From: Eimeria praecox
Taxonomy: Eukaryota
Assembly: GCA_963920595.1 (NCBI GenBank)
Contig: OY986947.1
Location: 5,890,001 to 5,954,000 of the forward strand
Direction: 5' to 3'
DNA length: 64,000 nt
Shown here: piece after piece, positions 26,201 to 42,100 of the stretch
Numbering within the stretch: the stretch's first letter is position 1
Layout of the letters: each line of letters starts with the position of its first letter
Notes under the pieces: generated by a model
Told to the model about the DNA's origin: nothing
Databases searched by the model: none
The model's input: only the letters and a program-made list of their open reading frames with translations
Position numbers and translations under genes: made by a program

Positions 26201-29200
26201 CAAATATTCATATCATCTCAGTAAAACGGACAACACACAACACCCATCACACCATCCTCATGACGTGCCTTTTGAAGACCTTAAGAATGCTCTATACAAA
26301 TATTCATATCATCTCAGTAAAACGGACAACACACAACACCCATCACACCATCCTCATGACGTGCCTTTTGAAGACCTTAAGAATGCAATGCAGATGATTC
26401 GTATCATCTGAATAAATTTATGCTTGCTGGGATGCAATCCATTTCCCCAAAGCCGCATATAATACCCCTCGATTCTCAATGTCTCATTGAAACCATGGAA
26501 ATTCAAATATTTAAATCTAACCACCCCATCTGCACATACATGTCATCATGACGTGCCTTTTGAAGACCTTAAGAATGCTCTATACAAATAATATTCATAT
26601 CATCTCAGTAAAACGGACAACACACAACACCCATCACACCATCCTCATGACGTGCCTTTTGAAGACCTTAAGAATGCTCTATACAAATATTCATATCATC
26701 TCAGTAAAACGGACAACACACAACACCCATCACACCATCCTCATGACGTGCCTTTTGAAGACCTTAAGAATGCAATGCACATGATTCGTATCATCTGAAT
26801 AAATTTATGCTTGCTGGGATGCAATCCATTTCCCCAAAGCCGCATATAATACCCCTCGATTCTCAATGTCTCATTGAAACCATGGAAATTCAAATATTTA
26901 AATCTAACCACCCCATCTGCACATACATGTCATCATGACGTGCCTTTTGAAGACCTTAAGAATGCTCTATACAAATATTCATATCATCTCAGTAAAACGG
27001 ACAACACACAACACCCATCACACCATCCTCATGACGTGCCTTTTGAAGACCTTAAGAATGCTCTATACAAATATTCATATCATCTCAGTAAAACGGACAA
27101 CACACAACACCCATCACACCATCCTCATGACGTGCCTTTTGAAGACCTTAAGAATGCAATGCAGATGATTCGTATCATCTGAATAAATTTATGCTTGCTG
27201 GGATGCAATCCATTTCCCCAAAGCCGCATATAATACCCCTCGATTCTCAATGTCTCATTGAAACCATGGAAATTCAAATATTTAAATCTAACCACCCCAT
27301 CTGCACATACATGTCATCATGACGTGCCTTTTGAAGACCTTAAGAATGCTCTATACAAATATTCATATCATCTCAGTAAAACGGACAACACACAACACCC
27401 ATCACACCATCCTCATGACGTGCCTTTTGAAGACCTTAAGAATGCTCTATACAAATATTCATATCATCTCAGTAAAACGGACAACACACAACACCCATCA
27501 CACCATCCTCATGACGTGCCTTTTGAAGACCTTAAGAATGCAATGCAGATGATTCGTATCATCTGAATAAATTTATGCTTGCTGGGATGCAATCCATTTC
27601 CCCAAAGCCGCATATAATACCCCTCGATTCTCAATGTCTCATTGAAACCATGGAAATTCAAATATTTAAATCTAACCACCCCATCTGCACATACATGTCA
27701 TCATGACGTGCCTTTTGAAGACCTTAAGAATGCTCTATACAAATATTCATATCATCTCAGTAAAACGGACAACACACAACACCCATCACACCATCCTCAT
27801 GACGTGCCTTTTGAAGACCTTAAGAATGCAATGCAGATGATTCGTATCATCTGAATAAATTTATGCTTGCTGGGATGCAATCCATTTCCCCAAAGCCGCA
27901 TATAATACCCCTCGATTCTCAATGTCTCATTGAAACCATGGAAATTCAAATATTTAAATCTAACCACCCCATCTGCACATACATGTCATCATGACGTGCC
28001 TTTTGAAGACCTTAAGAATGCTCTATACAAATATTCATATCATCTCAGTAAAACGGACAACACACAACACCCATCACACCATCCTCATGACGTGCCTTTT
28101 GAATGCTCTATACAAATATTCATATCATCTCAGTAAAACGGACAACACACAACACACCATCACACCATCCTCATGACGTGCCTTTTGAAGACCTTAAGAA
28201 TGCAATGCAGATGATTCGTATCATCTGAATAAATTTATGCTTGCTGGGATGCAATCCATTTCCCCAAAGCCGCATATAATACCCCTCGATTCTCAATGTC
28301 TCATTGAAACCATGGAAATTCAAATATTTAAATCTAACCACCCCATCTGCACATACATGTCATCATGACGTGCCTTTTGAAGACCTTAAGAATGCTCTAT
28401 ACAAATATTCATATCATCTCAGTAAAACGGACAACACACAACACCCATCACACCATCCTCATGACGTGCCTTTTGAATGCTCTATACAAATATTCATATC
28501 ATCTCAGTAAAACGGACAACACACAACACCCATCACACCATCCTCATGACGTGCCTTTTGAAGACCTTAAGAATGCAATGCAGATGATTCGTATCATCTG
28601 AATAAATTTATGCTTGCTGGGATGCAATCCATTTCCCCAAAGCCGCATATAATACCCCTCGATTCTCAATGTCTCATTGAAACCATGGAAATTCAAATAT
28701 TTAAATCTAACCACCCCATCTGCACATACATGTCATCATGACGTGCCTTTTGAAGACCTTAAGAATGCTCTATACAAATATTCATATCATCTCAGTAAAA
28801 CGGACAACACACAACACCCATCACACCATCCTCATGACGTGCCTTTTGAATGCTCTATACAAATATTCATATCATCTCAGTAAAACGGACAACACACAAC
28901 ACCCATCACACCATCCTCATGACGTGCCTTTTGAAGACCTTAAGAATGCAATGCAGATGATTCGTATCATCTGAATAAATTTATGCTTGCTGGGATACAA
29001 TCCATTTCCCCAAAGCCGCATATAATACCCCTCGATTCTCAATGTCTCATTGAAACCATGGAAATTCAAATATTTAAATCTAACCACCCCATCTGCACAT
29101 ACATGTCATCATGACGTGCCTTTTGAAGACCTTAAGAATGCTCTATACAAATATTCATATCATCTCAGTAAAACGGACAACACACAACACCCATCACACC

Positions 29201-32200
29201 ATCCTCATGACGTGCCTTTGAAGACCTTAAGAATGCTCTATACAAATATTCATATCATCTCAGTAAAACGGACAACACACAACACCCATCACACCATCCT
29301 CATGACGTGCCTTTTGAAGACCTTAAGAATGCAATGCAGATGATTCGTATCATCTGAATAAATTTATGCTTGCTGGGATGCAATCCATTTCCCCAAAGCC
29401 GCATATAATACCCCTCGATTCTCAATGTCTCATTGAAACCATGGAAATTCAAATATTTAAATCTAACCACCCCATCTGCACATACATGTCATCATGACGT
29501 GCCTTTTGAAGACCTTAAGAATGCTCTATACAAATATTCATATCATCTCAGTAAAACGGACAACACACAACACCCATCACACCATCCTCATGACGTGCCT
29601 TTTGAAGACCTTAAGAATGCTCTATACAAATATTCATATCATCTCAGTAAAACGGACAACACACAACACCCATCACACCATCCTCATGACGTGCCTTTTG
29701 AAGACCTTAAGAATGCAATGCACATGATTCGTATCATCTGAATAAATTTATGCTTGCTGGGATGCAATCCATTTCCCCAAAGCCGCATATAATACCCCTC
29801 GATTCTCAATGTCTCATTGAAACCATGGAAATTCAAATATTTAAATCTAACCACCCCATCTGCACATACATGTCATCATGACGTGCCTTTTGAAGACCTT
29901 AAGAATGCTCTATACAAATATTCATATCATCTCAGTAAAACGGACAACACACAACACCCATCACACCATCCTCATGACGTGCCTTTTGAAGACCTTAAGA
30001 ATGCTCTATACAAATATTCATATCATCTCAGTAAAACGGACAACACACAACACCCATCACACCATCCTCATGACGTGCCTTTTGAAGACCTTAAGAATGC
30101 AATGCAGATGATTCGTATCATCTGAATAAATTTATGCTTGCTGGGATGCAATCCATTTCCCCAAAGCCGCATATAATACCCCTCGATTCTCAATGTCTCA
30201 TTGAAACCATGGAAATTCAAATATTTAAATCTAACCACCCCATCTGCACATACATGTCATCATGACGTGCCTTTTGAAGACCTTAAGAATGCTCTATACA
30301 AATATTCATATCATCTCAGTAAAACGGACAACACACAACACCCATCACACCATCCTCATGACGTGCCTTTTGAAGACCTTAAGAATGCTCTATACAAATA
30401 TTCATATCATCTCAGTAAAACGGACAACACACAACACCCATCACACCATCCTCATGACGTGCCTTTTGAAGACCTTAAGAATGCAATGCAGATGATTCGT
30501 ATCATCTGAATAAATTTATGCTTGCTGGGATACAATCCATTTCCCCAAAGCCGCATATAATACCCCTCGATTCTCAATGTCTCATTGAAACCATGGAAAT
30601 TCAAATATTTAAATCTAACCACCCCATCTGCACATACATGTCATCATGACGTGCCTTTTGAAGACCTTAAGAATGCTCTATACAAATATTCATATCATCT
30701 CAGTAAAACGGACAACACACAACACCCATCACACCATCCTCATGACGTGCCTTTTGAAGACCTTAAGAATGCTCTATACAAATATTCATATCATCTCAGT
30801 AAAACGGACAACACACAACACCCATCACACCATCCTCATGACGTGCCTTTTGAAGACCTTAAGAATGCAATGCAGATGATTCGTATCATCTGAATAAATT
30901 TATGCTTGCTGGGATGCAATCCATTTCCCCAAAGCCGCATATAATACCCCTCGATTCTCAATGTCTCATTGAAACCATGGAAATTCAAATATTTAAATCT
31001 AACCACCCCATCTGCACATACATGTCATCATGACGTGCCTTTTGAAGACCTTAAGAATGCTCTATACAAATATTCATATCATCTCAGTAAAACGGACAAC
31101 ACACAACACCCATCACACCATCCTCATGACGTGCCTTTTGAAGACCTTAAGAATGCTCTATACAAATATTCATATCATCTCAGTAAAACGGACAACACAC
31201 AACACCCATCACACCATCCTCATGACGTGCCTTTTGAAGACCTTAAGAATGCAATGCACATGATTCGTATCATCTGAATAAATTTATGCTTGCTGGGATG
31301 CAATCCATTTCCCCAAAGCCGCATATAATACCCCTCGATTCTCAATGTCTCATTGAAACCATGGAAATTCAAATATTTAAATCTAACCACCCCATCTGCA
31401 CATACATGTCATCATGACGTGCCTTTTGAAGACCTTAAGAATGCTCTATACAAATATTCATATCATCTCAGTAAAACGGACAACACACAACACCCATCAC
31501 ACCATCCTCATGACGTGCCTTTTGAAGACCTTAAGAATGCTCTATACAAATATTCATATCATCTCAGTAAAACGGACAACACACAACACCCATCACACCA
31601 TCCTCATGACGTGCCTTTTGAAGACCTTAAGAATGCAATGCAGATGATTCGTATCATCTGAATAAATTTATGCTTGCTGGGATGCAATCCATTTCCCCAA
31701 AGCCGCATATAATACCCCTCGATTCTCAATGTCTCATTGAAACCATGGAAATTCAAATATTTAAATCTAACCACCCCATCTGCACATACATGTCATCATG
31801 ACGTGCCTTTTGAAGACCTTAAGAATGCTCTATACAAATATTCATATCATCTCAGTAAAACGGACAACACACAACACCCATCACACCATCCTCATGACGT
31901 GCCTTTTGAAGACCTTAAGAATGCTCTATACAAATATTCATATCATCTCAGTAAAACGGACAACACACAACACCCATCACACCATCCTCATGACGTGCCT
32001 TTTGAAGACCTTAAGAATGCAATGCAGATGATTCGTATCATCTGAATAAATTTATGCTTGCTGGGATACAATCCATTTCCCCAAAGCCGCATATAATACC
32101 CCTCGATTCTCAATGTCTCATTGAAACCATGGAAATTCAAATATTTAAATCTAACCACCCCATCTGCACATACATGTCATCATGACGTGCCTTTTGAAGA

Positions 32201-35200
32201 CCTTAAGAATGCTCTATACAAATATTCATATCATCTCAGTAAAACGGACAACACACAACACCCATCACACCATCCTCATGACGTGCCTTTTGAAGACCTT
32301 AAGAATGCTCTATACAAATATTCATATCATCTCAGTAAAACGGACAACACACAACACCCATCACACCATCCTCATGACGTGCCTTTTGAAGACCTTAAGA
32401 ATGCAATGCAGATGATTCGTATCATCTGAATAAATTTATGCTTGCTGGGATGCAATCCATTTCCCCAAAGCCGCATATAATACCCCTCGATTCTCAATGT
32501 CTCATTGAAACCATGGAAATTCAAATATTTAAATCTAACCACCCCATCTGCACATACATGTCATCATGACGTGCCTTTTGAAGACCTTAAGAATGCTCTA
32601 TACAAATATTCATATCATCTCAGTAAAACGGACAACACACAACACCCATCACACCATCCTCATGACGTGCCTTTTGAAGACCTTAAGAATGCTCTATACA
32701 AATATTCATATCATCTCAGTAAAACGGACAACACACAACACCCATCACACCATCCTCATGACGTGCCTTTTGAAGACCTTAAGAATGCAATGCACATGAT
32801 TCGTATCATCTGAATAAATTTATGCTTGCTGGGATGCAATCCATTTCCCCAAAGCCGCATATAATACCCCTCGATTCTCAATGTCTCATTGAAACCATGG
32901 AAATTCAAATATTTAAATCTAACCACCCCATCTGCACATACATGTCATCATGACGTGCCTTTTGAAGACCTTAAGAATGCTCTATACAAATATTCATATC
33001 ATCTCAGTAAAACGGACAACACACAACACCCATCACACCATCCTCATGACGTGCCTTTTGAAGACCTTAAGAATGCTCTATACAAATATTCATATCATCT
33101 CAGTAAAACGGACAACACACAACACCCATCACACCATCCTCATGACGTGCCTTTTGAAGACCTTAAGAATGCAATGCAGATGATTCGTATCATCTGAATA
33201 AATTTATGCTTGCTGGGATGCAATCCATTTCCCCAAAGCCGCATATAATACCCCTCGATTCTCAATGTCTCATTGAAACCATGGAAATTCAAATATTTAA
33301 ATCTAACCACCCCATCTGCACATACATGTCATCATGACGTGCCTTTTGAAGACCTTAAGAATGCTCTATACAAATATTCATATCATCTCAGTAAAACGGA
33401 CAACACACAACACCCATCACACCATCCTCATGACGTGCCTTTTGAAGACCTTAAGAATGCTCTATACAAATATTCATATCATCTCAGTAAAACGGACAAC
33501 ACACAACACCCATCACACCATCCTCATGACGTGCCTTTTGAAGACCTTAAGAATGCAATGCAGATGATTCGTATCATCTGAATAAATTTATGCTTGCTGG
33601 GATGCAATCCATTTCCCCAAAGCCGCATATAATACCCCTCGATTCTCAATGTCTCATTGAAACCATGGAAATTCAAATATTTAAATCTAACCACCCCATC
33701 TGCACATACATGTCATCATGACGTGCCTTTTGAAGACCTTAAGAATGCTCTATACAAATATTCATATCATCTCAGTAAAACGGACAACACACAACACCCA
33801 TCACACCATCCTCATGACGTGCCTTTTGAAGACCTTAAGAATGCAATGCAGATGATTCGTATCATCTGAATAAATTTATGCTTGCTGGGATGCAATCCAT
33901 TTCCCCAAAGCCGCATATAATACCCCTCGATTCTCAATGTCTCATTGAAACCATGGAAATTCAAATATTTAAATCTAACCACCCCATCTGCACATACATG
34001 TCATCATGACGTGCCTTTTGAAGACCTTAAGAATGCTCTATACAAATATTCATATCATCTCAGTAAAACGGACAACACACAACACCCATCACACCATCCT
34101 CATGACGTGCCTTTTGAATGCTCTATACAAATATTCATATCATCTCAGTAAAACGGACAACACACAACACCCATCACACCATCCTCATGACGTGCCTTTT
34201 GAAGACCTTAAGAATGCAATGCAGATGATTCGTATCATCTGAATAAATTTATGCTTGCTGGGATGCAATCCATTTCCCCAAAGCCGCATATAATACCCCT
34301 CGATTCTCAATGTCTCATTGAAACCATGGAAATTCAAATATTTAAATCTAACCACCCCATCTGCACATACATGTCATCATGACGTGCCTTTTGAAGACCT
34401 TAAGAATGCTCTATACAAATATTCATATCATCTCAGTAAAACGGACAACACACAACACCCATCACACCATCCTCATGACGTGCCTTTTGAATGCTCTATA
34501 CAAATATTCATATCATCTCAGTAAAACGGACAACACACAACACCCATCACACCATCCTCATGACGTGCCTTTTGAAGACCTTAAGAATGCAATGCAGATG
34601 ATTCGTATCATCTGAATAAATTTATGCTTGCTGGGATGCAATCCATTTCCCCAAAGCCGCATATAATACCCCTCGATTCTCAATGTCTCATTGAAACCAT
34701 GGAAATTCAAATATTTAAATCTAACCACCCCATCTGCACATACATGTCATCATGACGTGCCTTTTGAAGACCTTAAGAATGCTCTATACAAATATTCATA
34801 TCATCTCAGTAAAACGGACAACACACAACACCCATCACACCATCCTCATGACGTGCCTTTTGAATGCTCTATACAAATATTCATATCATCTCAGTAAAAC
34901 GGACAACACACAACACCCATCACACCATCCTCATGACGTGCCTTTTGAAGACCTTAAGAATGCAATGCAGATGATTCGTATCATCTGAATAAATTTATGC
35001 TTGCTGGGATACAATCCATTTCCCCAAAGCCGCATATAATACCCCTCGATTCTCAATGTCTCATTGAAACCATGGAAATTCAAATATTTAAATCTAACCA
35101 CCCCATCTGCACATACATGTCATCATGACGTGCCTTTTGAAGACCTTAAGAATGCTCTATACAAATATTCATATCATCTCAGTAAAACGGACAACACACA

Positions 35201-38200
35201 ACACCCATCACACCATCCTCATGACGTGCCTTTTGAAGACCTTAAGAATGCTCTATACAAATATTCATATCATCTCAGTAAAACGGACAACACACAACAC
35301 CCATCACACCATCCTCATGACGTGCCTTTTGAAGACCTTAAGAATGCAATGCAGATGATTCGTATCATCTGAATAAATTTATGCTTGCTGGGATGCAATC
35401 CATTTCCCCAAAGCCGCATATAATACCCCTCGATTCTCAATGTCTCATTGAAACCATGGAAATTCAAATATTTAAATCTAACCACCCCATCTGCACATAC
35501 ATGTCATCATGACGTGCCTTTTGAAGACCTTAAGAATGCTCTATACAAATATTCATATCATCTCAGTAAAACGGACAACACACAACACCCATCACACCAT
35601 CCTCATGACGTGCCTTTTGAAGACCTTAAGAATGCTCTATACAAATATTCATATCATCTCAGTAAAACGGACAACACACAACACCCATCACACCATCCTC
35701 ATGACGTGCCTTTTGAAGACCTTAAGAATGCAATGCACATGATTCGTATCATCTGAATAAATTTATGCTTGCTGGGATGCAATCCATTTCCCCAAAGCCG
35801 CATATAATACCCCTCGATTCTCAATGTCTCATTGAAACCATGGAAATTCAAATATTTAAATCTAACCACCCCATCTGCACATACATGTCATCATGACGTG
35901 CCTTTTGAAGACCTTAAGAATGCTCTATACAAATATTCATATCATCTCAGTAAAACGGACAACACACAACACCCATCACACCATCCTCATGACGTGCCTT
36001 TTGAAGACCTTAAGAATGCTCTATACAAATATTCATATCATCTCAGTAAAACGGACAACACACAACACCCATCACACCATCCTCATGACGTGCCTTTTGA
36101 AGACCTTAAGAATGCAATGCAGATGATTCGTATCATCTGAATAAATTTATGCTTGCTGGGATACAATCCATTTCCCCAAAGCCGCATATAATACCCCTCG
36201 ATTCTCAATGTCTCATTGAAACCATGGAAATTCAAATATTTAAATCTAACCACCCCATCTGCACATACATGTCATCATGACGTGCCTTTTGAAGACCTTA
36301 AGAATGCTCTATACAAATATTCATATCATCTCAGTAAAACGGACAACACACAACACCCATCACACCATCCTCATGACGTGCCTTTTGAAGACCTTAAGAA
36401 TGCTCTATACAAATATTCATATCATCTCAGTAAAACGGACAACACACAACACCCATCACACCATCCTCATGACGTGCCTTTTGAAGACCTTAAGAATGCA
36501 ATGCAGATGATTCGTATCATCTGAATAAATTTATGCTTGCTGGGATGCAATCCATTTCCCCAAAGCCGCATATAATACCCCTCGATTCTCAATGTCTCAT
36601 TGAAACCATGGAAATTCAAATATTTAAATCTAACCACCCCATCTGCACATACATGTCATCATGACGTGCCTTTTGAAGACCTTAAGAATGCTCTATACAA
36701 ATATTCATATCATCTCAGTAAAACGGACAACACACAACACCCATCACACCATCCTCATGACGTGCCTTTTGAAGACCTTAAGAATGCTCTATACAAATAT
36801 TCATATCATCTCAGTAAAACGGACAACACACAACACCCATCACACCATCCTCATGACGTGCCTTTTGAAGACCTTAAGAATGCAATGCACATGATTCGTA
36901 TCATCTGAATAAATTTATGCTTGCTGGGATGCAATCCATTTCCCCAAAGCCGCATATAATACCCCTCGATTCTCAATGTCTCATTGAAACCATGGAAATT
37001 CAAATATTTAAATCTAACCACCCCATCTGCACATACATGTCATCATGACGTGCCTTTTGAAGACCTTAAGAATGCTCTATACAAATATTCATATCATCTC
37101 AGTAAAACGGACAACACACAACACCCATCACACCATCCTCATGACGTGCCTTTTGAAGACCTTAAGAATGCTCTATACAAATATTCATATCATCTCAGTA
37201 AAACGGACAACACACAACACCCATCACACCATCCTCATGACGTGCCTTTTGAAGACCTTAAGAATGCAATGCAGATGATTCGTATCATCTGAATAAATTT
37301 ATGCTTGCTGGGATGCAATCCATTTCCCCAAAGCCGCATATAATACCCCTCGATTCTCAATGTCTCATTGAAACCATGGAAATTCAAATATTTAAATCTA
37401 ACCACCCCATCTGCACATACATGTCATCATGACGTGCCTTTTGAAGACCTTAAGAATGCTCTATACAAATATTCATATCATCTCAGTAAAACGGACAACA
37501 CACAACACCCATCACACCATCCTCATGACGTGCCTTTTGAAGACCTTAAGAATGCTCTATACAAATATTCATATCATCTCAGTAAAACGGACAACACACA
37601 ACACCCATCACACCATCCTCATGACGTGCCTTTTGAAGACCTTAAGAATGCAATGCAGATGATTCGTATCATCTGAATAAATTTATGCTTGCTGGGATGC
37701 AATCCATTTCCCCAAAGCCGCATATAATACCCCTCGATTCTCAATGTCTCATTGAAACCATGGAAATTCAAATATTTAAATCTAACCACCCCATCTGCAC
37801 ATACATGTCATCATGACGTGCCTTTTGAAGACCTTAAGAATGCTCTATACAAATATTCATATCATCTCAGTAAAACGGACAACACACAACACCCATCACA
37901 CCATCCTCATGACGTGCCTTTTGAAGACCTTAAGAATGCAATGCACATGATTCGTATCATCTGAATAAATTTATGCTTGCTGGGATGCAATCCATTTCCC
38001 CAAAGCCGCATATAATACCCCTCGATTCTCAATGTCTCATTGAAACCATGGAAATTCAAATATTTAAATCTAACCACCCCATCTGCACATACATGTCATC
38101 ATGACGTGCCTTTTGAAGACCTTAAGAATGCTCTATACAAATATTCATATCATCTCAGTAAAACGGACAACACACAACACCCATCACACCATCCTCATGA

Positions 38201-39180
38201 CGTGCCTTTTGAATGCTCTATACAAATATTCATATCATCTCAGTAAAACGGACAACACACAACACCCATCACACCATCCTCATGACGTGCCTTTTGAAGA
38301 CCTTAAGAATGCAATGCAGATGATTCGTATCATCTGAATAAATTTATGCTTGCTGGGATGCAATCCATTTCCCCAAAGCCGCATATAATACCCCTCGATT
38401 CTCAATGTCTCATTGAAACCATGGAAATTCAAATATTTAAATCTAACCACCCCATCTGCACATACATGTCATCATGACGTGCCTTTTGAAGACCTTAAGA
38501 ATGCTCTATACAAATATTCATATCATCTCAGTAAAACGGACAACACACAACACCCATCACACCATCCTCATGACGTGCCTTTTGAATGCTCTATACAAAT
38601 ATTCATATCATCTCAGTAAAACGGACAACACACAACACCCATCACACCATCCTCATGACGTGCCTTTTGAAGACCTTAAGAATGCAATGCAGATGATTCG
38701 TATCATCTGAATAAATTTATGCTTGCTGGGATACAATCCATTTCCCCAAAGCCGCATATAATACCCCTCGATTCTCAATGTCTCATTGAAACCATGGAAA
38801 TTCAAATATTTAAATCTAACCACCCCATCTGCACATACATGTCATCATGACGTGCCTTTTGAAGACCTTAAGAATGCTCTATACAAATATTCATATCATC
38901 TCAGTAAAACGGACAACACACAACACCCATCACACCATCCTCATGACGTGCCTTTTGAAGACCTTAAGAATGCTCTATACAAATATTCATATCATCTCAG
39001 TAAAACGGACAACACACAACACCCATCACACCATCCTCATGACGTGCCTTTTGAAGACCTTAAGAATGCTCTATACAAATATTCGTATCATCTCAGTAAA
39101 ACGGACAACGCACAATGCCCATCACACCATCCCACAAAGCCACACCATCATGACCAGTCGTTTGACGACCTTAATAGAAT
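23232..39180 (+). repeat. IGS satellite array 2, about 16 kb, about 40 units of 384 bp (A96-A96-B192) with 288- and 373-bp variants
   Basis: Exact 384-bp periodicity (e.g. 29433, 29817, 30201); homogeneous centre, degenerate edges. Confidence 0.97.
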
Positions 39181-42100
39181 GCCATGCCAAAACTCATCAG
39201 CGCACATAACATAAACTCGGGAGGCGAATAGCTAAAGTTTTTTAACGACCTTACGAATGCCATCCCGAAGCTCATCAACTGGCATGCATACACACAACGC
39301 ATGACCAGCTTCTCCATGGAAGCTTCTCCTGCTGCTAGAGCTGCTGCTGCCATTGCTGTGGTTGCTAATGCCGCTATTGTAGATTTTTCTGCTATGGCTG
39401 TTGCTGTTGCTTCCTCTTCTACTCTCGGTAATGCCATTATGGTTAATGTTGCCTTTATTGCTGTAGCAGGTGATGGCAAAGCGGGGCAACGCTTGCCCAT
39501 AATGCTAGAGGATAGAGCTGACCCCCGCAGCAACGGCCTAAATTGTCTCCGCTGAGGTCCGTCGAAGCACTGCCCATACAGACAGCCAGTTTCTCTGCTG
39601 CTGCCGAAACACAAACAGCAAAAAGACCGGCGCCAGCAGGCAGGATAGTGAGGGAGGGGGCCAATACGTACAAATTGCTTAACGTTGCTGCCGCTGTCCT
39701 TGCCGATATGCTTTTTTGTTGATGCTGCGAAGAGTGAAGACGTGCTAAGTTTTAAGCTTCTACTAACATTGCTTGCTTTTAAACCCTTCTAGATGAAGTA
39801 GCCGAGCTAATAAACTCGCGTCCAGTTGATATGCTTATATGTCTCATTTAATTAATTTCCCTGAGACACTGCCATATATGGCAAACTCTCCTGTGTAGCA
39901 CGAGAAGCAACAAATTATATTTACTCATGCAACTGTATCAATAGCCTTAATATATGGAGGTTCACAGCACAACTACCGCGTGGGGACGATATAGTGCCCC
40001 CCCCATTCGGTGGCCGCTGCAGCCGATGCTGCTGTTGCTGCTGCCGTTCTTTAGGTTTCAGAACAGCATTATATTCCTGTTCCTGCTCTCAGCAGTAGTA
40101 CCAGTTTGCAGCAAGAGCAGCAGCAGGTGCGGGCTGCGGGTCTAGCAGCAGGTGCGGGCTGCGGGTCTAGCAGCCGGCTAACGGCGTTTTCGCCACACAC
40201 GACGTAATACGCCTCAGTTCTTCTTTACTCTTGCTGCTTCCGCTTTTGTCGTTGCTTTCGTCGTTGCTGTGGGGTGTCAGAGCATGAAAAAATCAACAGG
40301 TGTGGGCGCATGTGAGAAGTAAAGCGCCTGTTGTTTGCGTGCTGCCGGTGTGGCAGCAGGACCACCGGTATGCTGGTGTTCCTGTTGTGGCTGTTGCGGC
40401 CGCTGTGGGCGCTGCTGCTGTTGGTATGGCGGCTGCTGCTGCTCGAGTGGTTTCCGTTCCCCCTCTGTACTGCGTGCTGCTGGTGGCGCTGATAATGTGC
40501 TGGTGCACCGGTTGCCTCAGTAGGCCCATTCACATTCTTTCGAGCTCACAACGCTGCCAGGATATGCTCTACTTTTCCGGCCTGTCTAAAGAGACTCACA
40601 AAATAGATGCTCCTCTCTTGCCGCTCGTTTCCTCTAAGTTGCAGCTATTGTTGCAGGTATCGCTGAAATAGTCTTGAAAAGGGCTCAAATTGGGGCGTGG
40701 GAACGAATTGATGCCCCCATCTTAGTTCCCTTCCCGCAGTACGGAAAATCCGGTGGTGCTGCTGCCGCTGTTGCTCTTCCTGCTGCTGTTCTTCATGCCT
40801 ATATTATTGTTGCTACTCTCAGCAGTAGTAGCAGTTCGCAGCAAGAGTAGCAGTCGTTGCGAGTTGCGGAAGTAGCAGGCAGCCAGCGACCTGTAGCTCC
40901 ACACACAGCATATTACGGTTTTGTCTTGTTTTACTGTTATTGCTATGGTAGATGAGAGGCCGCAGCAATGCAGTTAGGGCGTGAGGTGTTTCCGTTGACA
41001 TCTTTGAGAGAGTAGCCTAAACCCCCTGCAAGTAGCCAAAAGGTTTTGCCTGTACAATCTAGAGATGTGCACAGGGGATACAAGCAATCAAATAACGGGT
41101 GCAATCGTTAAGGCAAGTCCACCAGTGACAGCAGCTGCAGTAGCGGTTGCAGCAGCACCACCGGTGCGAGGTGCAGCAGGAATAACAACAGGTGCGGACA
41201 CCGAGTAGGGGCCGCCCGTTGACACCATTTGCTCCATAATCTCCAGAGCTCTAGTATCCTGGAATATATTGGGTCTGCTGCTGATCCCTACAGAACAGCA
41301 GCCCCTTTGGTGAAGCAGTAGGTACTGTGCCTCCTGCTCTTGTCACTGACGTGCAAACAAAAGGGCTTTACGCTCAAAGAAATCAGCATTACTTTGCTGC
41401 TACTGCCGCCCCCTTTGTTCGTTCGCTCCCGCTGCAGGTGTTGGGACGAGTGACGGAATGCTTAAAGCTAAGCTTCGACTATCTCCTTTTGCTTTCAAAA
41501 TGTGCTAGATGGAAGGGCAGAGCGGAGCAACTGCCAATTATGACAGACCGCAGCCGTAGTCCGTTCTCTTTGACAGAAGGTGCGTGTAGATAATATGAAA
41601 CGAAGCTGTGTGGTATTGGCGGCTGTTTTATTGTGTTTTCCCGTGACAGGAACAGGCAAGCTGAGCGGTGGGCGATTAAATTGTATGAGGTGCCGTTGGA
41701 CAGGTTATTTGTGCATTAGGATTTTGCACAAGGGCATGCTGACGTGGCATGCGTTTGACTGGTTCGAAAGATTGCGAATACCAGGTATTCCTTGGAGCCG
41801 TTTTCCGCTTGTGGATAAGGGGAGCTGGAACTGACACCATCGCGCACCAGCTTTGGTCCGATGCATGCTAAATCATGCAGGTTTAGATGATTCAATGCTC
41901 AGTGGGTGGTTATATCCCGAATGATGCTTTGTTGCAGCAAGAAGATTGCAAAGACCAGTTCAACTTCGCTTTAGTTTGGGAAATGACACTTGGCAAAACC
42001 CGCTCGGGAAATCCATGCACCTGCTGAACCGCTATGCATACTGCATGCTGATGATTGCTGTTGTTGCCTATGATTCTATTCAAAGCGCTGTCGGACCAGA

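Noticed and set aside
22430..26600. Many 1-bp indels (and a 19-nt 28S deletion near 23027) suggesting a pseudogenised unit C
   Set aside because: The indels cluster at the contig end next to the gap and fade with distance, which is typical of low-coverage consensus error. The 19-nt deletion cannot be judged without reads.
24431..39214. Dozens of repeated ORFs (MKPWKF..., MTCLLK...)
   Set aside because: By-product of a 96-bp (multiple of 3) monomer; frames are broken freely by 11-bp deletions; no domain features.
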